Source of the DNA: a virus
Taxonomy: Duplodnaviria; Heunggongvirae; Uroviricota; Caudoviricetes
Strand: one strand, 5' to 3'
IMG/VR virus record: IMGVR_UViG_2778261179_000014
Location: 1 to 30,147 of that record
DNA length: 30,147 nt
Shown: one piece after another, positions 1 to 7,735 of the stretch
How the letters are laid out: each line of letters begins with the position of its first letter
How positions within the stretch are numbered: position 1 is the stretch's first letter
Position numbers and translations under genes: made by a program
Notes under the pieces: model-generated
The model's database searches: none
Seen by the model: the letters and a program-made list of their open reading frames with translations, nothing else
Told to the model about the DNA's origin: nothing

Positions 1-1119
1 TCAAATAACCAACTTAACCCATTCCTGACCTCGAGTATCGTTATAGCGATCGGTGGTTGCCTGGACTTTATGTCCTAGTAATGTTTTTGTATCGATACCC
101 TGTGCACGGTACAGCCGTTCTGATAGAGAGCGTTGTTCATGAAATGTTGGCGGAGTTTTTCCTGCTGGTGGAATTATCCCAGCCAGATCCCGTGCTTTGG
201 CAAAGTAGTCGCTCAGGTTGTCTTTACTCATCGGCTTTGGTTGTTTCTGGTGCCGACTATGGATTAGGTATGGACTTAATATTCTGTCTCGGCACCCATC
301 AATAACTTCTTTTAACGTTATCCCAATGGCATCACAGCGTAGTGTAAGCGGTAACGCCAGACGCATTCCGGTTTTTCCCTGGGTGATATGCAAGTGTTCG
401 TTCCACACATCTGAAAAACGCATGTGGCAAATGTCATCACGGCGCTGACCAGTAACAATCGCAAGAAGCATTGCGTTACGGATAAAGTGTTTTTCAGGCG
501 TTGCGTTGTAAATTTTTTGCCAGTCTTCCAGGGTGAGTCTGGCTCTGGTTACTTTAGGGATCGGTTTACGGGTAGCCTCCGGAGGATTCCATCCAGGAGG
601 AACTTCCCCTGCATGCTGTGCTTCTTTATAAATATCAACCCATAATCCACGATTTACTCTCGCTGTGCTGACCATGTCTTTATCCAGCCACTCATCCAGT
701 ATTAATGCAAAGTCTCTTACTTCCAGTTCTTTCAATGGGTGGTTTCCCAGACGGGAAACCAGGTATGCAGCCATTCGGGCTTTTTCTTTGTGAGTTGTAG
801 CTGCAATATCTCCATTTTTCAGTCGCGCGTCCTGTATTTTCAGATATCGATCAACCCATGCCTTTAATCTGATACCCCGACGTTTTGTTGCTGACGGACT
901 TTCATCAATTTTGCGCATGAAATATTCAGCTTCTGCTGCAGCTATTCGCTGATTGGCTGTGGAAGCGATTTTTTCTGCTTTGCCTTTGTCTGTTCCGAGA
1001 CCGTGAAATTTTCCAGTCACAGGGTTTTTATACTGGTAGTAAACCCTGCCAGTTCTGCGATCAAACTTTTCGTAAAGACCGGTTACGTCAGTGCTGTTTT
1101 TTCGTGGCCTCGGTGACAT
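1..1119 (-). CDS. int: Phage integrase (tyrosine recombinase, lambda-like)
   Basis: 372-aa ORF with complete stop at 1-3; C-terminal region shows the tyrosine recombinase pattern (R...H..R...Y: LLGHKVQATTDRY); position at prophage end next to an excisionase-like gene. Confidence 0.9.
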   Translation of the reverse strand: MSPRPRKNSTDVTGLYEKFDRRTGRVYYQYKNPVTGKFHGLGTDKGKAEKIASTANQRIAAAEAEYFMRKIDESPSATKRRGIRLKAWVDRYLKIQDARLKNGDIAATTHKEKARMAAYLVSRLGNHPLKELEVRDFALILDEWLDKDMVSTARVNRGLWVDIYKEAQHAGEVPPGWNPPEATRKPIPKVTRARLTLEDWQKIYNATPEKHFIRNAMLLAIVTGQRRDDICHMRFSDVWNEHLHITQGKTGMRLALPLTLRCDAIGITLKEVIDGCRDRILSPYLIHSRHQKQPKPMSKDNLSDYFAKARDLAGIIPPAGKTPPTFHEQRSLSERLYRAQGIDTKTLLGHKVQATTDRYNDTRGQEWVKLVI

Positions 1120-1357
1120 GAGTTAAAATCTCCTTCAGTGCATCATCATCGCCAGTATGAATTTCCGGCGCAATTCCCGTTTCACCAGGTCCAACAAATA
1201 CTGCCCGGCGATCTATCAGCCAACGCCCACGAATTTTTTGTGGTCTTGGAACGATGTATCCTAGTTTTCCGTATTTCACCAGGGTAGTGTTTGTTATTGG
1301 GAGACTGAACCGTTTTGGTTTCCACTCGTCGAGCGTTATCAGGTATTGTTCGCTCAT
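1088..1357 (-). CDS. xis: Excisionase-like small DNA-binding protein
   Basis: 89 aa from ATG at 1357 (GGAG about 9 nt upstream); overlaps the integrase start by 32 nt as is typical for xis-int; basic small protein. The track's GTG at 1366 is an alternative start. Confidence 0.6.
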   Translation of the reverse strand: MSEQYLITLDEWKPKRFSLPITNTTLVKYGKLGYIVPRPQKIRGRWLIDRRAVFVGPGETGIAPEIHTGDDDALKEILTHVTEATKKQH

Positions 1358-1418
1358 GGCTATCACTCCGGAACGCGCCAGTTGCAGAATACCAACGACA
1401 ACTGGCGACGGTTGAACA

Positions 1419-3860
1419 TTAAAAATCAGCCTGACTCGGGATCAGTTTTTGCCAGATAGCTGAAACGTATTTTGCCTGGTAACGAGCGTCATCAAGTGCA
1501 TTATGGCGCTCACCTTCGAATGGAATAGCCGTTCTGGCATCGAAGTCTATGGCTTTCCCCAGCTCAACGATTGTGCGTACATCGCGATCGTTGTAGTAAC
1601 GCCACGGGCAGGGGATCCCCTGCCGTTCGTATGAACGGCGCAAAATCGTGTTGTCGAAGTTGGCTCCATTTCCCCAGACCTGAACAAAAAATTCACCGGA
1701 GTTTTCGTCGATAAATTCCCGCAATTGTAACAGTGCATCATCTAACGGGATTTCATCGGTCATAATGGCAGATTGCGCTTCGCGTGATTGCTTAAGCCAC
1801 CATTTAATGGTGTCCCGATCAATGACTCCGCCAGCAGTTTCCAGATCGATAGTCTTACTAAATTCCGGTCCCATATCTCCGGTTTGCGGATCGAAAAATA
1901 TTGCACCTATTGAGATGATCGGGGCATCAGGATTTTTTCCCATGGTTTCAAGGTCGATCATTAGATGGTCACACGTCCTGCTGGTGGATGTGATTTCGCG
2001 ATGACCGTTCACCTTAATTGAGTGATCTGCCGTCTCGCCAGTTTTATTATCGCTGGCGTGATGCTGATTGCCGCCAGGGTTCTCCTTGTGTGGATGTTCA
2101 GCGCCTTCCATTTCCTCCGGATCATTTTCCTGAACTTCAACCTGATTCTCTTCATCGAATGTTTCCTGGTATGTTGCGTCGCCCATCACCGCGCCACAAT
2201 CAGGGCAGTTGCCGCCACCGCTTTGACCGCAGGCGGTGCAGACTTTTTCCGGTTCCTGTTGCGCTACTGGTTCGGATTGTTTCGTTTCTGGCTCGTTTTG
2301 TAACGCATTTGGGCTGTTTTGTTCCGCTTTTTGGTCGTTCCGTTCCGATTCATGCTGGTTCTGGTTCACAGAATCGCGAGTCTGGATCCCCTTGACCCAT
2401 TTCGGATCATTAGGGTCGCTAATCCCCTCAACAAATTCACCACGCGATACAGCAAGTAACTTATCGGCGTCAGGCTGGCTGATATTGGCTGCCTGCATAA
2501 TTTTGTTTACTTCGTCAGCGGTGACTTTTACTTGGTTAGCGGAACTCACCTGCGACTGAGCATCCAGCGACTGCGCGTTCTGGCCATGTTCAGTTGTATC
2601 CGGTTCCATTGTTTCAGTTGTTGCCTGTTCACCTGCCATTGCGTCAGATGGTTGTGGTTTTTCTTCTTCTGTTTCACGCTTAGTAACCACCTCGCGGTTA
2701 ATTTCTTCCAGGATATCTTTTTCCGGCGTATGCCGGGCAGCTGTGAGAATTTCCTTGCTGGGGTTCTCGTGATCAGTTTCCGTCAAATAGGCGTTGATAT
2801 ACCCCTGAAGGCGTCCCGGGTAGTGATAAAATTCAGGGTGTGCGCTTCGGATAAGTGCAAAAATAGCGGCGCGGGAATAGTCCAGAATACCCGGGGTTGC
2901 ACGAAGTGCTGCGGACCATTCTTTGAACGGACTTTCTTTGTTCAGGACTACTTCTTTTGCGCGACGATAAACGCTGCCCGGAATTTCATAAATATTAAAA
3001 TCCATCGGAAGTGTGGCTGCTGCAATCTCCACATCCAGTGTGTCGAGGGTGTGTACTAAATTCGGATTGCGATCGGTTTTGTTCCCACCGCCAGCATTAG
3101 CACCGGAAGCCGTGCGGGTGATGCGTGAAACACGATTTCCTTTCATCCACTCTTTTGTCAGCAGACCCCGATCAGTGTAGTCAGCGTCCAGGTATGCTTC
3201 GAAAAAAGCAGTTATTAGTCCCAAGTCTGAATTACTAGGATTAGGGAAAACTTTGTCAGTGTCACGAACCAGTTTGTGGAGGTCGCGAATCTCCAGCGAG
3301 TCGAGCAGACTGGTTTTATGCGAAATAGCCAGGGCAGTAACAGCCGGTAGTTCTTCAGCCCGTGCAATGTGTAATGCCTGGAGTTCGTCGCGTGAAACGT
3401 GCGTTACTGGTTTTTCGCTGCCGTGTTGAGCAAGCCAACGAATGGGCAGTTCCTGACCGGAGACAGGCAGAAGCATGCTCTCCTCAATCTCAGTCATGTC
3501 TTCGCCGTTGATGTTGGTATTGTCAGTGCTAGCTGGTTTGCCCTGAACAGAGGGGGAAGGGCCGATAAATGTCATTGTGATGCCATCTTTCCCGCCTTTT
3601 TCATAGCGGTTGCAGAATTCAGTATCAAACACGCCTTCTGGCGGAAGGTCGTCAACAACGGGCAAATTGACGCGGACGGGTTTTTTAAAGTCGTCTTCAT
3701 CATAATCGTTGTCATCCATTGCGGTAATGCAGCGGGAGATTGCAACAGATAATTTTTTTGCTGTAGTCCAGTAAAAACCACCTTTAATTCCCAGGCGTTT
3801 TCTTACTTTGTCATTTTTTGCTTCGCAATATAGTGCAAATTCTTCTTTATCAGTGCTCAT
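1419..3860 (-). CDS. Large exonuclease with C-terminal DnaQ-like DEDDh 3'-5' exonuclease domain
   Basis: 813 aa. C-terminal about 200 aa carry Exo I (MIDLETMG), Exo II ([12 protein letters not shown]) and Exo III (HNALDDARY) motifs. Long acidic, low-complexity N-terminal region with a CxxC..CxxC cluster ([16 protein letters not shown]). Proteins of this architecture in E. coli prophages are often annotated exodeoxyribonuclease VIII-like; that is from memory and unverified. Confidence 0.8.
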   Translation of the reverse strand: MSTDKEEFALYCEAKNDKVRKRLGIKGGFYWTTAKKLSVAISRCITAMDDNDYDEDDFKKPVRVNLPVVDDLPPEGVFDTEFCNRYEKGGKDGITMTFIGPSPSVQGKPASTDNTNINGEDMTEIEESMLLPVSGQELPIRWLAQHGSEKPVTHVSRDELQALHIARAEELPAVTALAISHKTSLLDSLEIRDLHKLVRDTDKVFPNPSNSDLGLITAFFEAYLDADYTDRGLLTKEWMKGNRVSRITRTASGANAGGGNKTDRNPNLVHTLDTLDVEIAAATLPMDFNIYEIPGSVYRRAKEVVLNKESPFKEWSAALRATPGILDYSRAAIFALIRSAHPEFYHYPGRLQGYINAYLTETDHENPSKEILTAARHTPEKDILEEINREVVTKRETEEEKPQPSDAMAGEQATTETMEPDTTEHGQNAQSLDAQSQVSSANQVKVTADEVNKIMQAANISQPDADKLLAVSRGEFVEGISDPNDPKWVKGIQTRDSVNQNQHESERNDQKAEQNSPNALQNEPETKQSEPVAQQEPEKVCTACGQSGGGNCPDCGAVMGDATYQETFDEENQVEVQENDPEEMEGAEHPHKENPGGNQHHASDNKTGETADHSIKVNGHREITSTSRTCDHLMIDLETMGKNPDAPIISIGAIFFDPQTGDMGPEFSKTIDLETAGGVIDRDTIKWWLKQSREAQSAIMTDEIPLDDALLQLREFIDENSGEFFVQVWGNGANFDNTILRRSYERQGIPCPWRYYNDRDVRTIVELGKAIDFDARTAIPFEGERHNALDDARYQAKYVSAIWQKLIPSQADF

Positions 3861-3953
3861 TATTGATAAACCTCATCACAGATTTAAGGGTGAACAAATC
3901 TCTGCCATTGCTGACATATAAGAATGAAACTGGATATTTATTACGGAACTGTT

Positions 3954-4145
3954 TTAAAGACCTGCCGGGATTTCGATATTATCCTGGTGAATAACTTTAT
4001 CGACCGGGTAACAGTTACCGGGAATTTTCTGTTCGGTTGCTGCTGCCATACATTCCTGCATTGTTCTGTGAACACTGACTGCAATATCAACTGGCTCTCC
4101 GGAAACAAGAAAAACCGTCAGAATAAGTGCAAATACTGGATTCAT
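3954..4145 (-). CDS. Hypothetical small protein with hydrophobic N-terminus
   Basis: 63 aa from ATG at 4145 (AAGGA 8 nt upstream); the start overlaps the stop of the upstream gene as ATGA (translational coupling); N-terminus MNPVFALILTVFLVSG is hydrophobic. Confidence 0.4.
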   Translation of the reverse strand: MNPVFALILTVFLVSGEPVDIAVSVHRTMQECMAAATEQKIPGNCYPVDKVIHQDNIEIPAGL

Positions 4146-4330
4146 TGTGCACATCCTTTTGGCATCAGACGTAAACGGGCCAGCATTGAAACAATGCATA
4201 CTTTATTTAATAACTCCCGTTCGTGTTTTCTTTTGTTAATGGCCTCTTCAGTGAATACAGGATTACTGATAGTGACACCAATTTCAAAACAACCTTCAGA
4301 CGTATTAACGTTTGGTAATAACGTTTTCAT
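4142..4330 (-). CDS. Hypothetical small protein
   Basis: 62 aa from internal ATG at 4330 with GAGGG 7 nt upstream; coupled to the downstream gene by ATGA overlap. The longer track ORF (to 4435) lacks an RBS. Confidence 0.4.
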   Translation of the reverse strand: MKTLLPNVNTSEGCFEIGVTISNPVFTEEAINKRKHERELLNKVCIVSMLARLRLMPKGCAQ

Positions 4331-4868
4331 TATCGCGCCCTCAACAATGAGTTTTGTGATGCGGTGCCTGGTGCCTCCAGGTGACGTTAACCAGTTAACA
4401 ATTAACGCCGGATACAGAGAATCCACCCATAACACTGTTTTTGGTTTTAACTGTTCCGCGTGCGCTTAGCCGCATTCACCGCATCACAAAATTCACTTTA
4501 AAAATGGCGGCAGAGCAGTCACGGAGTAAAACTGATACCGCCAAACGTCACCAGAAAATTGATAACAGAGGGCGTTGCAGCGGGGTTGTCACTTAAGCGT
4601 ATGGTCAACCTGACAACCCGGTGTCCTCAACGGGGAAGGAATAACCCCGCCATACTTACCGCCGCGCCATTTCGCGGAGTGCCACAACCGGAAGCGCACG
4701 GTCGACGAAAATTTAACGACAGGCTATCTATAAACCAGCTACCTCGCCGTACGCTTTCGCGTTGTGTGCCTGCTTTTAACCACGTCAGGCGAGGTGGTTC
4801 CTGTTATTCCCCAACAACAAGAAATTTGTATAATCCGGATATCCCCAACAACGAGAAGAGTACTCAAC

Positions 4869-5324
4869 GTGATAGCAGAACTGTCAGCGGCTATGGCTGC
4901 GATAAAGGAGACAGCTGGTCTCGCTAAGGTTATTAATGACGCAAAAACGGATGCAGAAGTTAAAGCCGCAACTATTGAACTTCAGAACAAACTAATCACG
5001 CTTCAGGCGGAATGCTTCTCTCTTTGCGATGCGATCCGCTTTCGTGATGAAGAGATAATGCATCTCAAAGCAAAAATTGCAGAGACAGAAGATTTTCAGC
5101 GACAGGCGGAAGGTTACAAGCTTAACAAGCTTGATTCTGGAACCCTTGTATATTCCAAGAAGCAATTTATAGGCGATACTGAGATAACTGTGCATCTTTG
5201 CCCACAATGTTTTGGAAAAAAGGTAATATCTGTACTTCAGCCAATGGAAATAATGCGCTTTGATGCTCATTTTCGTACTTTTTGCCCCGCTTGCAATAAT
5301 AAGTTCTGGATGAACTCAAGATAA
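4869..5324 (+). CDS. Hypothetical coiled-coil protein with C-terminal CPxC...CPxC zinc ribbon
   Basis: Plus-strand ORF inside an otherwise minus-strand early-left region; perfect TATAAT at 4829-4834 upstream; candidate starts GTG 4869 or ATG 4893; N-terminal heptad-like region (ELQNKLITLQAE..., LKAKIAETEDFQRQAEG) and C-terminal HLCPQCFG...FCPACNNKF. Confidence 0.6.
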   Translation: MIAELSAAMAAIKETAGLAKVINDAKTDAEVKAATIELQNKLITLQAECFSLCDAIRFRDEEIMHLKAKIAETEDFQRQAEGYKLNKLDSGTLVYSKKQFIGDTEITVHLCPQCFGKKVISVLQPMEIMRFDAHFRTFCPACNNKFWMNSR

Positions 5325-5459
5325 TTAACCGTTTAAATAAGTTGGGACTATCCAGATTTTTAAAGAACGTACCGGATGCTCACCCGTGTCCGGCGCACGC
5401 ACTCCACCTCACCCGTGGAGAACTCCTTAATTACCAACCTTAGCTTCGTTGGTTAGCTA

Positions 5460-5678
5460 TTAGCGCGGGTATGTAATCATTCTGGCAATGCTTAATGCTG
5501 CTGCTTTTTCCAGCCTGGTGATATCCTGCTCCAGAGCGGACAGATTTTCAGCCTGCTTAGCCCTGGCTTCATTGGCCCATTTCAGATCCTGCGCTGCATT
5601 AATTTTCTGGCGCATCCACTCATAAAGTTCATCATCGGTATAGTCTGGCGCGATGATGACGGGTTCTCGTTTCTGCAT
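5460..5678 (-). CDS. Hypothetical early-left protein
   Basis: 72 aa, ATG at 5678 with GAGGAA upstream; last gene of a three-gene leftward cluster downstream of the OL region. Confidence 0.5.
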   Translation of the reverse strand: MQKREPVIIAPDYTDDELYEWMRQKINAAQDLKWANEARAKQAENLSALEQDITRLEKAAALSIARMITYPR

Positions 5679-5707
5679 ACTGATTCCTCGCGGTGCTGCT
5701 TCGCTTA

Positions 5708-5836
5708 TCAGCCGTTAGATTTTGCCGAGCTGGAAAGCGCCTGTTTAAACTCACTGAAGCTGAGAGCTTCTTCGCCTTCGGCAAGGCCTTCGAAGTATTC
5801 TTCGTAAGCCTTTTCCATGATTGTGTCGAAATCCAT
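5708..5836 (-). CDS. Hypothetical small acidic protein (42 aa)
   Basis: Hand-translated MDFDTIMEKAYEEYFEGLAEGEEALSFSEFKQALSSSAKSNG; AGGTGA RBS 5 nt upstream; start 1 nt after the stop of the upstream gene. Below the ORF-track size cutoff. Confidence 0.35.
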   Translation of the reverse strand: MDFDTIMEKAYEEYFEGLAEGEEALSFSEFKQALSSSAKSNG

Positions 5837-5837
5837 A

Positions 5838-6074
5838 TCACTCACCTGAGTTTCTTTCCAGCCAGCGACGGGCACCATTTTCGGTTTTAAACGTTTTGCT
5901 TTTGGTATACGTCATTGCGGTGAACGTGCCGTCCTGGTTTGGAAACACGCCGTACACCAGAGATTCGTTGTTGCCAAGATCGATAGTATCCATGTTGACC
6001 TCATTTCCCCTTAACGCCGGGGTAGCGGAACAAAAACCTGCTGCATAGTTATTAAAGTTGAACCCTGCCGTCAT
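5838..6074 (-). CDS. Hypothetical protein, first gene downstream of the OL/pL region
   Basis: 78 aa with GAGG 6 nt upstream of ATG 6074; alternative internal start at 5993. Not Arg-rich, so no resemblance to lambda N. Confidence 0.5.
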   Translation of the reverse strand: MTAGFNFNNYAAGFCSATPALRGNEVNMDTIDLGNNESLVYGVFPNQDGTFTAMTYTKSKTFKTENGARRWLERNSGE

Positions 6075-6159
6075 GTTCTTACGCCTCGGGCTGGCTACTT
6101 AACCCCTGACCACTGCCTGGTAACTCGAAGTATTGCCCGGCGTTCTGTGGGGCGGGGTG

Positions 6160-6216
6160 GGTTGGTATGTAATAAATCTAAAAGTATTTAGTTTTATAGT
6201 CAAGGGGAATCTAAAT
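6160..6216 (-). promoter_or_regulatory. Putative OL operator / leftward early promoter region
   Basis: AATCTAAAAGTATTTAGTTT and GAATCTAAATTAATTT carry the same AATCTAA/TTAGATT half-sites as the palindrome between the repressor and cro genes; sits between the repressor terminator and the leftward small genes. Confidence 0.4.
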
Positions 6217-6220
6217 TAAT

Positions 6221-6250
6221 TTAAAAAAAAGGTCGGCATAACCGACCTTA
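6221..6250 (-). terminator. Rho-independent terminator downstream of the repressor gene
   Basis: On the minus strand GGTCGG-TTATG-CCGACC hairpin followed by TTTTTTTT, immediately after the repressor stop at 6271. Confidence 0.6.
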
Positions 6251-6270
6251 AGTTCAAGGACATGGCAGGG

Positions 6271-6918
6271 TTATAGGTTGAACTGCACACCTTTTGCTAC
6301 GGCAACAATTTTACACTCTGGCGTAAGCAAGGATGATTGATAGCGCGGATTGAGAGGGCTTAAATACACAAGTTTTCCATCAATAACTAATTTTTTTATA
6401 GTCATAGACGGTTCATTTGTAAGTGGATCTGGAACTATTACAGCGACGATACTGCCATTTTTATAACTCTCTCCTGGTCTTAGGATCACAGTGGCACCAA
6501 CCGGGATACTTGGCGACCCTGAGGGGTTATGCATAGTGTCATCAGGCATTGAAACGGCAAAATCACCTTCCACTACATCAAAGAATGTGGTGATCCTATC
6601 GACATTTCCCATTGTTTTCTCTCCTTCTAAGATTAGGAAAGAAATCGCGTCACCCCACGAAAAGTAGGGGATCTTGGTGCCTGGATTGCTCTGCACAAAA
6701 GATAGTTCAGGAGACGATACTCCATACAGGAGATAGGACTCAGTAGTTCCTAATGCCTGGGCTAACTTACTTAGAGCTTTGCTGCCGGGTTCGTTTAGAT
6801 CTTTCTCCCAGTACCCTATAGTAACCCCAGTCACGCCTGAAAGCTTACCCAGTTCTACTTGGGTGAGTCCCTTATCTTTTCTGAGTTTCTTAAGCCTGAT
6901 GCCAAGGCTTTCCATCAT
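6271..6918 (-). CDS. CI-like phage repressor (HTH plus S24 LexA-like peptidase domain)
   Basis: 215 aa; N-terminal HTH (GLTQVELGKLSGVTGVTIGYWE); C-terminal domain with Ser (AVSMPDD) and Lys (MTIKKL) typical of autocleaving repressors; divergent from a cro-like gene. Confidence 0.85.
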   Translation of the reverse strand: MMESLGIRLKKLRKDKGLTQVELGKLSGVTGVTIGYWEKDLNEPGSKALSKLAQALGTTESYLLYGVSSPELSFVQSNPGTKIPYFSWGDAISFLILEGEKTMGNVDRITTFFDVVEGDFAVSMPDDTMHNPSGSPSIPVGATVILRPGESYKNGSIVAVIVPDPLTNEPSMTIKKLVIDGKLVYLSPLNPRYQSSLLTPECKIVAVAKGVQFNL

Positions 6919-6939
6919 TTTCTCCCGCGAGTTGAATAT

Positions 6940-7005
6940 AAATTATTTTAGATTGCATTGACCTAAAAAAAATTATCCTGTAATCTAAAAATACTTAGAT
7001 TTTAG
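6940..7005. promoter_or_regulatory. OR-like operator/promoter region between repressor and cro-like genes
   Basis: Perfect palindrome AATCTAA-AAATAC-TTAGATT at 6982-7001 and a further TTAGATT half-site at 6948-6954; rightward promoter TTGACC (6958-6963), 17 nt spacer, TAATCT (6981-6986) overlapping the palindrome. Confidence 0.6.
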
Positions 7006-7014
7006 GAGAGTGAA

Positions 7015-7242
7015 ATGCGAGTTGATGAACTTGTTCAGTTTTTTGGCTCTGTTCAGAGGGTCGCTGATTTTTATGGGATAACCCGCGAAGCTATTTACAT
7101 GTGGCGTAAGCGCCCCGGTGAAATAGTTCCTAAAGGGAGAGCTGCGGAAGCTGCTGCATACTCCAAGGGAAAATTATCTTTGAACCCAGAGCTTTACAAA
7201 AAGAAGGATACCACCCGGGACAAAAGGAAGAGTGATTCATGA
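7015..7242 (+). CDS. Cro-like / YdaS-like small regulator
   Basis: 75 aa, GGAGAG RBS, divergent from the repressor; HTH-like VADFYGITREAIYMWRKR. Confidence 0.6.
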   Translation: MRVDELVQFFGSVQRVADFYGITREAIYMWRKRPGEIVPKGRAAEAAAYSKGKLSLNPELYKKKDTTRDKRKSDS

Positions 7243-7664
7243 AAATCAAACATGAACATATCCGCATGGCGATGAATGCCTGGGCGCATCCGGACGGCGA
7301 AAAAGTACCGGCTGCGAAAATTACCAAAGCGTATTTCGAGCTGGGAATGACGTTCCCGGAACTGTATGACGACAGCCATCCGGAAGCCCTGGCTCGCAAT
7401 ACTCAGAAAATTTTCCGCTGGGTGGAGAAAGACACCCCTGATGCGGTTAAAAAAATTCAGGCGTTGTTACCAGCTATCGAAAAAGCAATGCCACCTCTGC
7501 TGGTGGCCCGAATGCGCAGCCATAGCTCAGCCTATTTTCGGGAACTGGTGGAGACGCGGGAACGACTGGTGAGAGACGCTGATGATTTTGTCGCAGTGGC
7601 GATCGCTGGTTTCAACCAGATGAATCGAGGTGGCCCTGCAGGAAATATTGTGGCTGTGCATTGA
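7239..7664 (+). CDS. YdaT-like (CII-position) regulatory protein
   Basis: 141 aa, start overlaps the cro-like stop; sits in the CII position; N-terminus MKIKHEHI recalled as YdaT-family (unverified). Confidence 0.5.
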   Translation: MKIKHEHIRMAMNAWAHPDGEKVPAAKITKAYFELGMTFPELYDDSHPEALARNTQKIFRWVEKDTPDAVKKIQALLPAIEKAMPPLLVARMRSHSSAYFRELVETRERLVRDADDFVAVAIAGFNQMNRGGPAGNIVAVH

Positions 7665-7735
7665 CTCGCAATATTCATACCGGATCACTTCCGGCAATTT
7701 GTGAGTAAAAAGATTCGGTATCAAAAGAGGTGAGT

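Noticed and set aside
2018-3059. Several plus-strand ORFs (125, 93, 107 and 175 aa) inside the exonuclease gene
   Set aside because: They are antisense to a well-supported 813-aa gene, have biased low-complexity composition (Cys/Phe/Trp-rich) and no RBS; typical shadow ORFs.
3924-4469. 181-aa plus-strand ORF
   Set aside because: It overlaps two coupled minus-strand small genes and the exonuclease start region; Cys-rich, no RBS.
4559-4927. 122-aa Arg/Pro-rich plus-strand ORF from a TTG start
   Set aside because: Its composition is that of translated GC-rich non-coding DNA; it overlaps the promoter and start of the better-supported zinc-ribbon gene in another frame.
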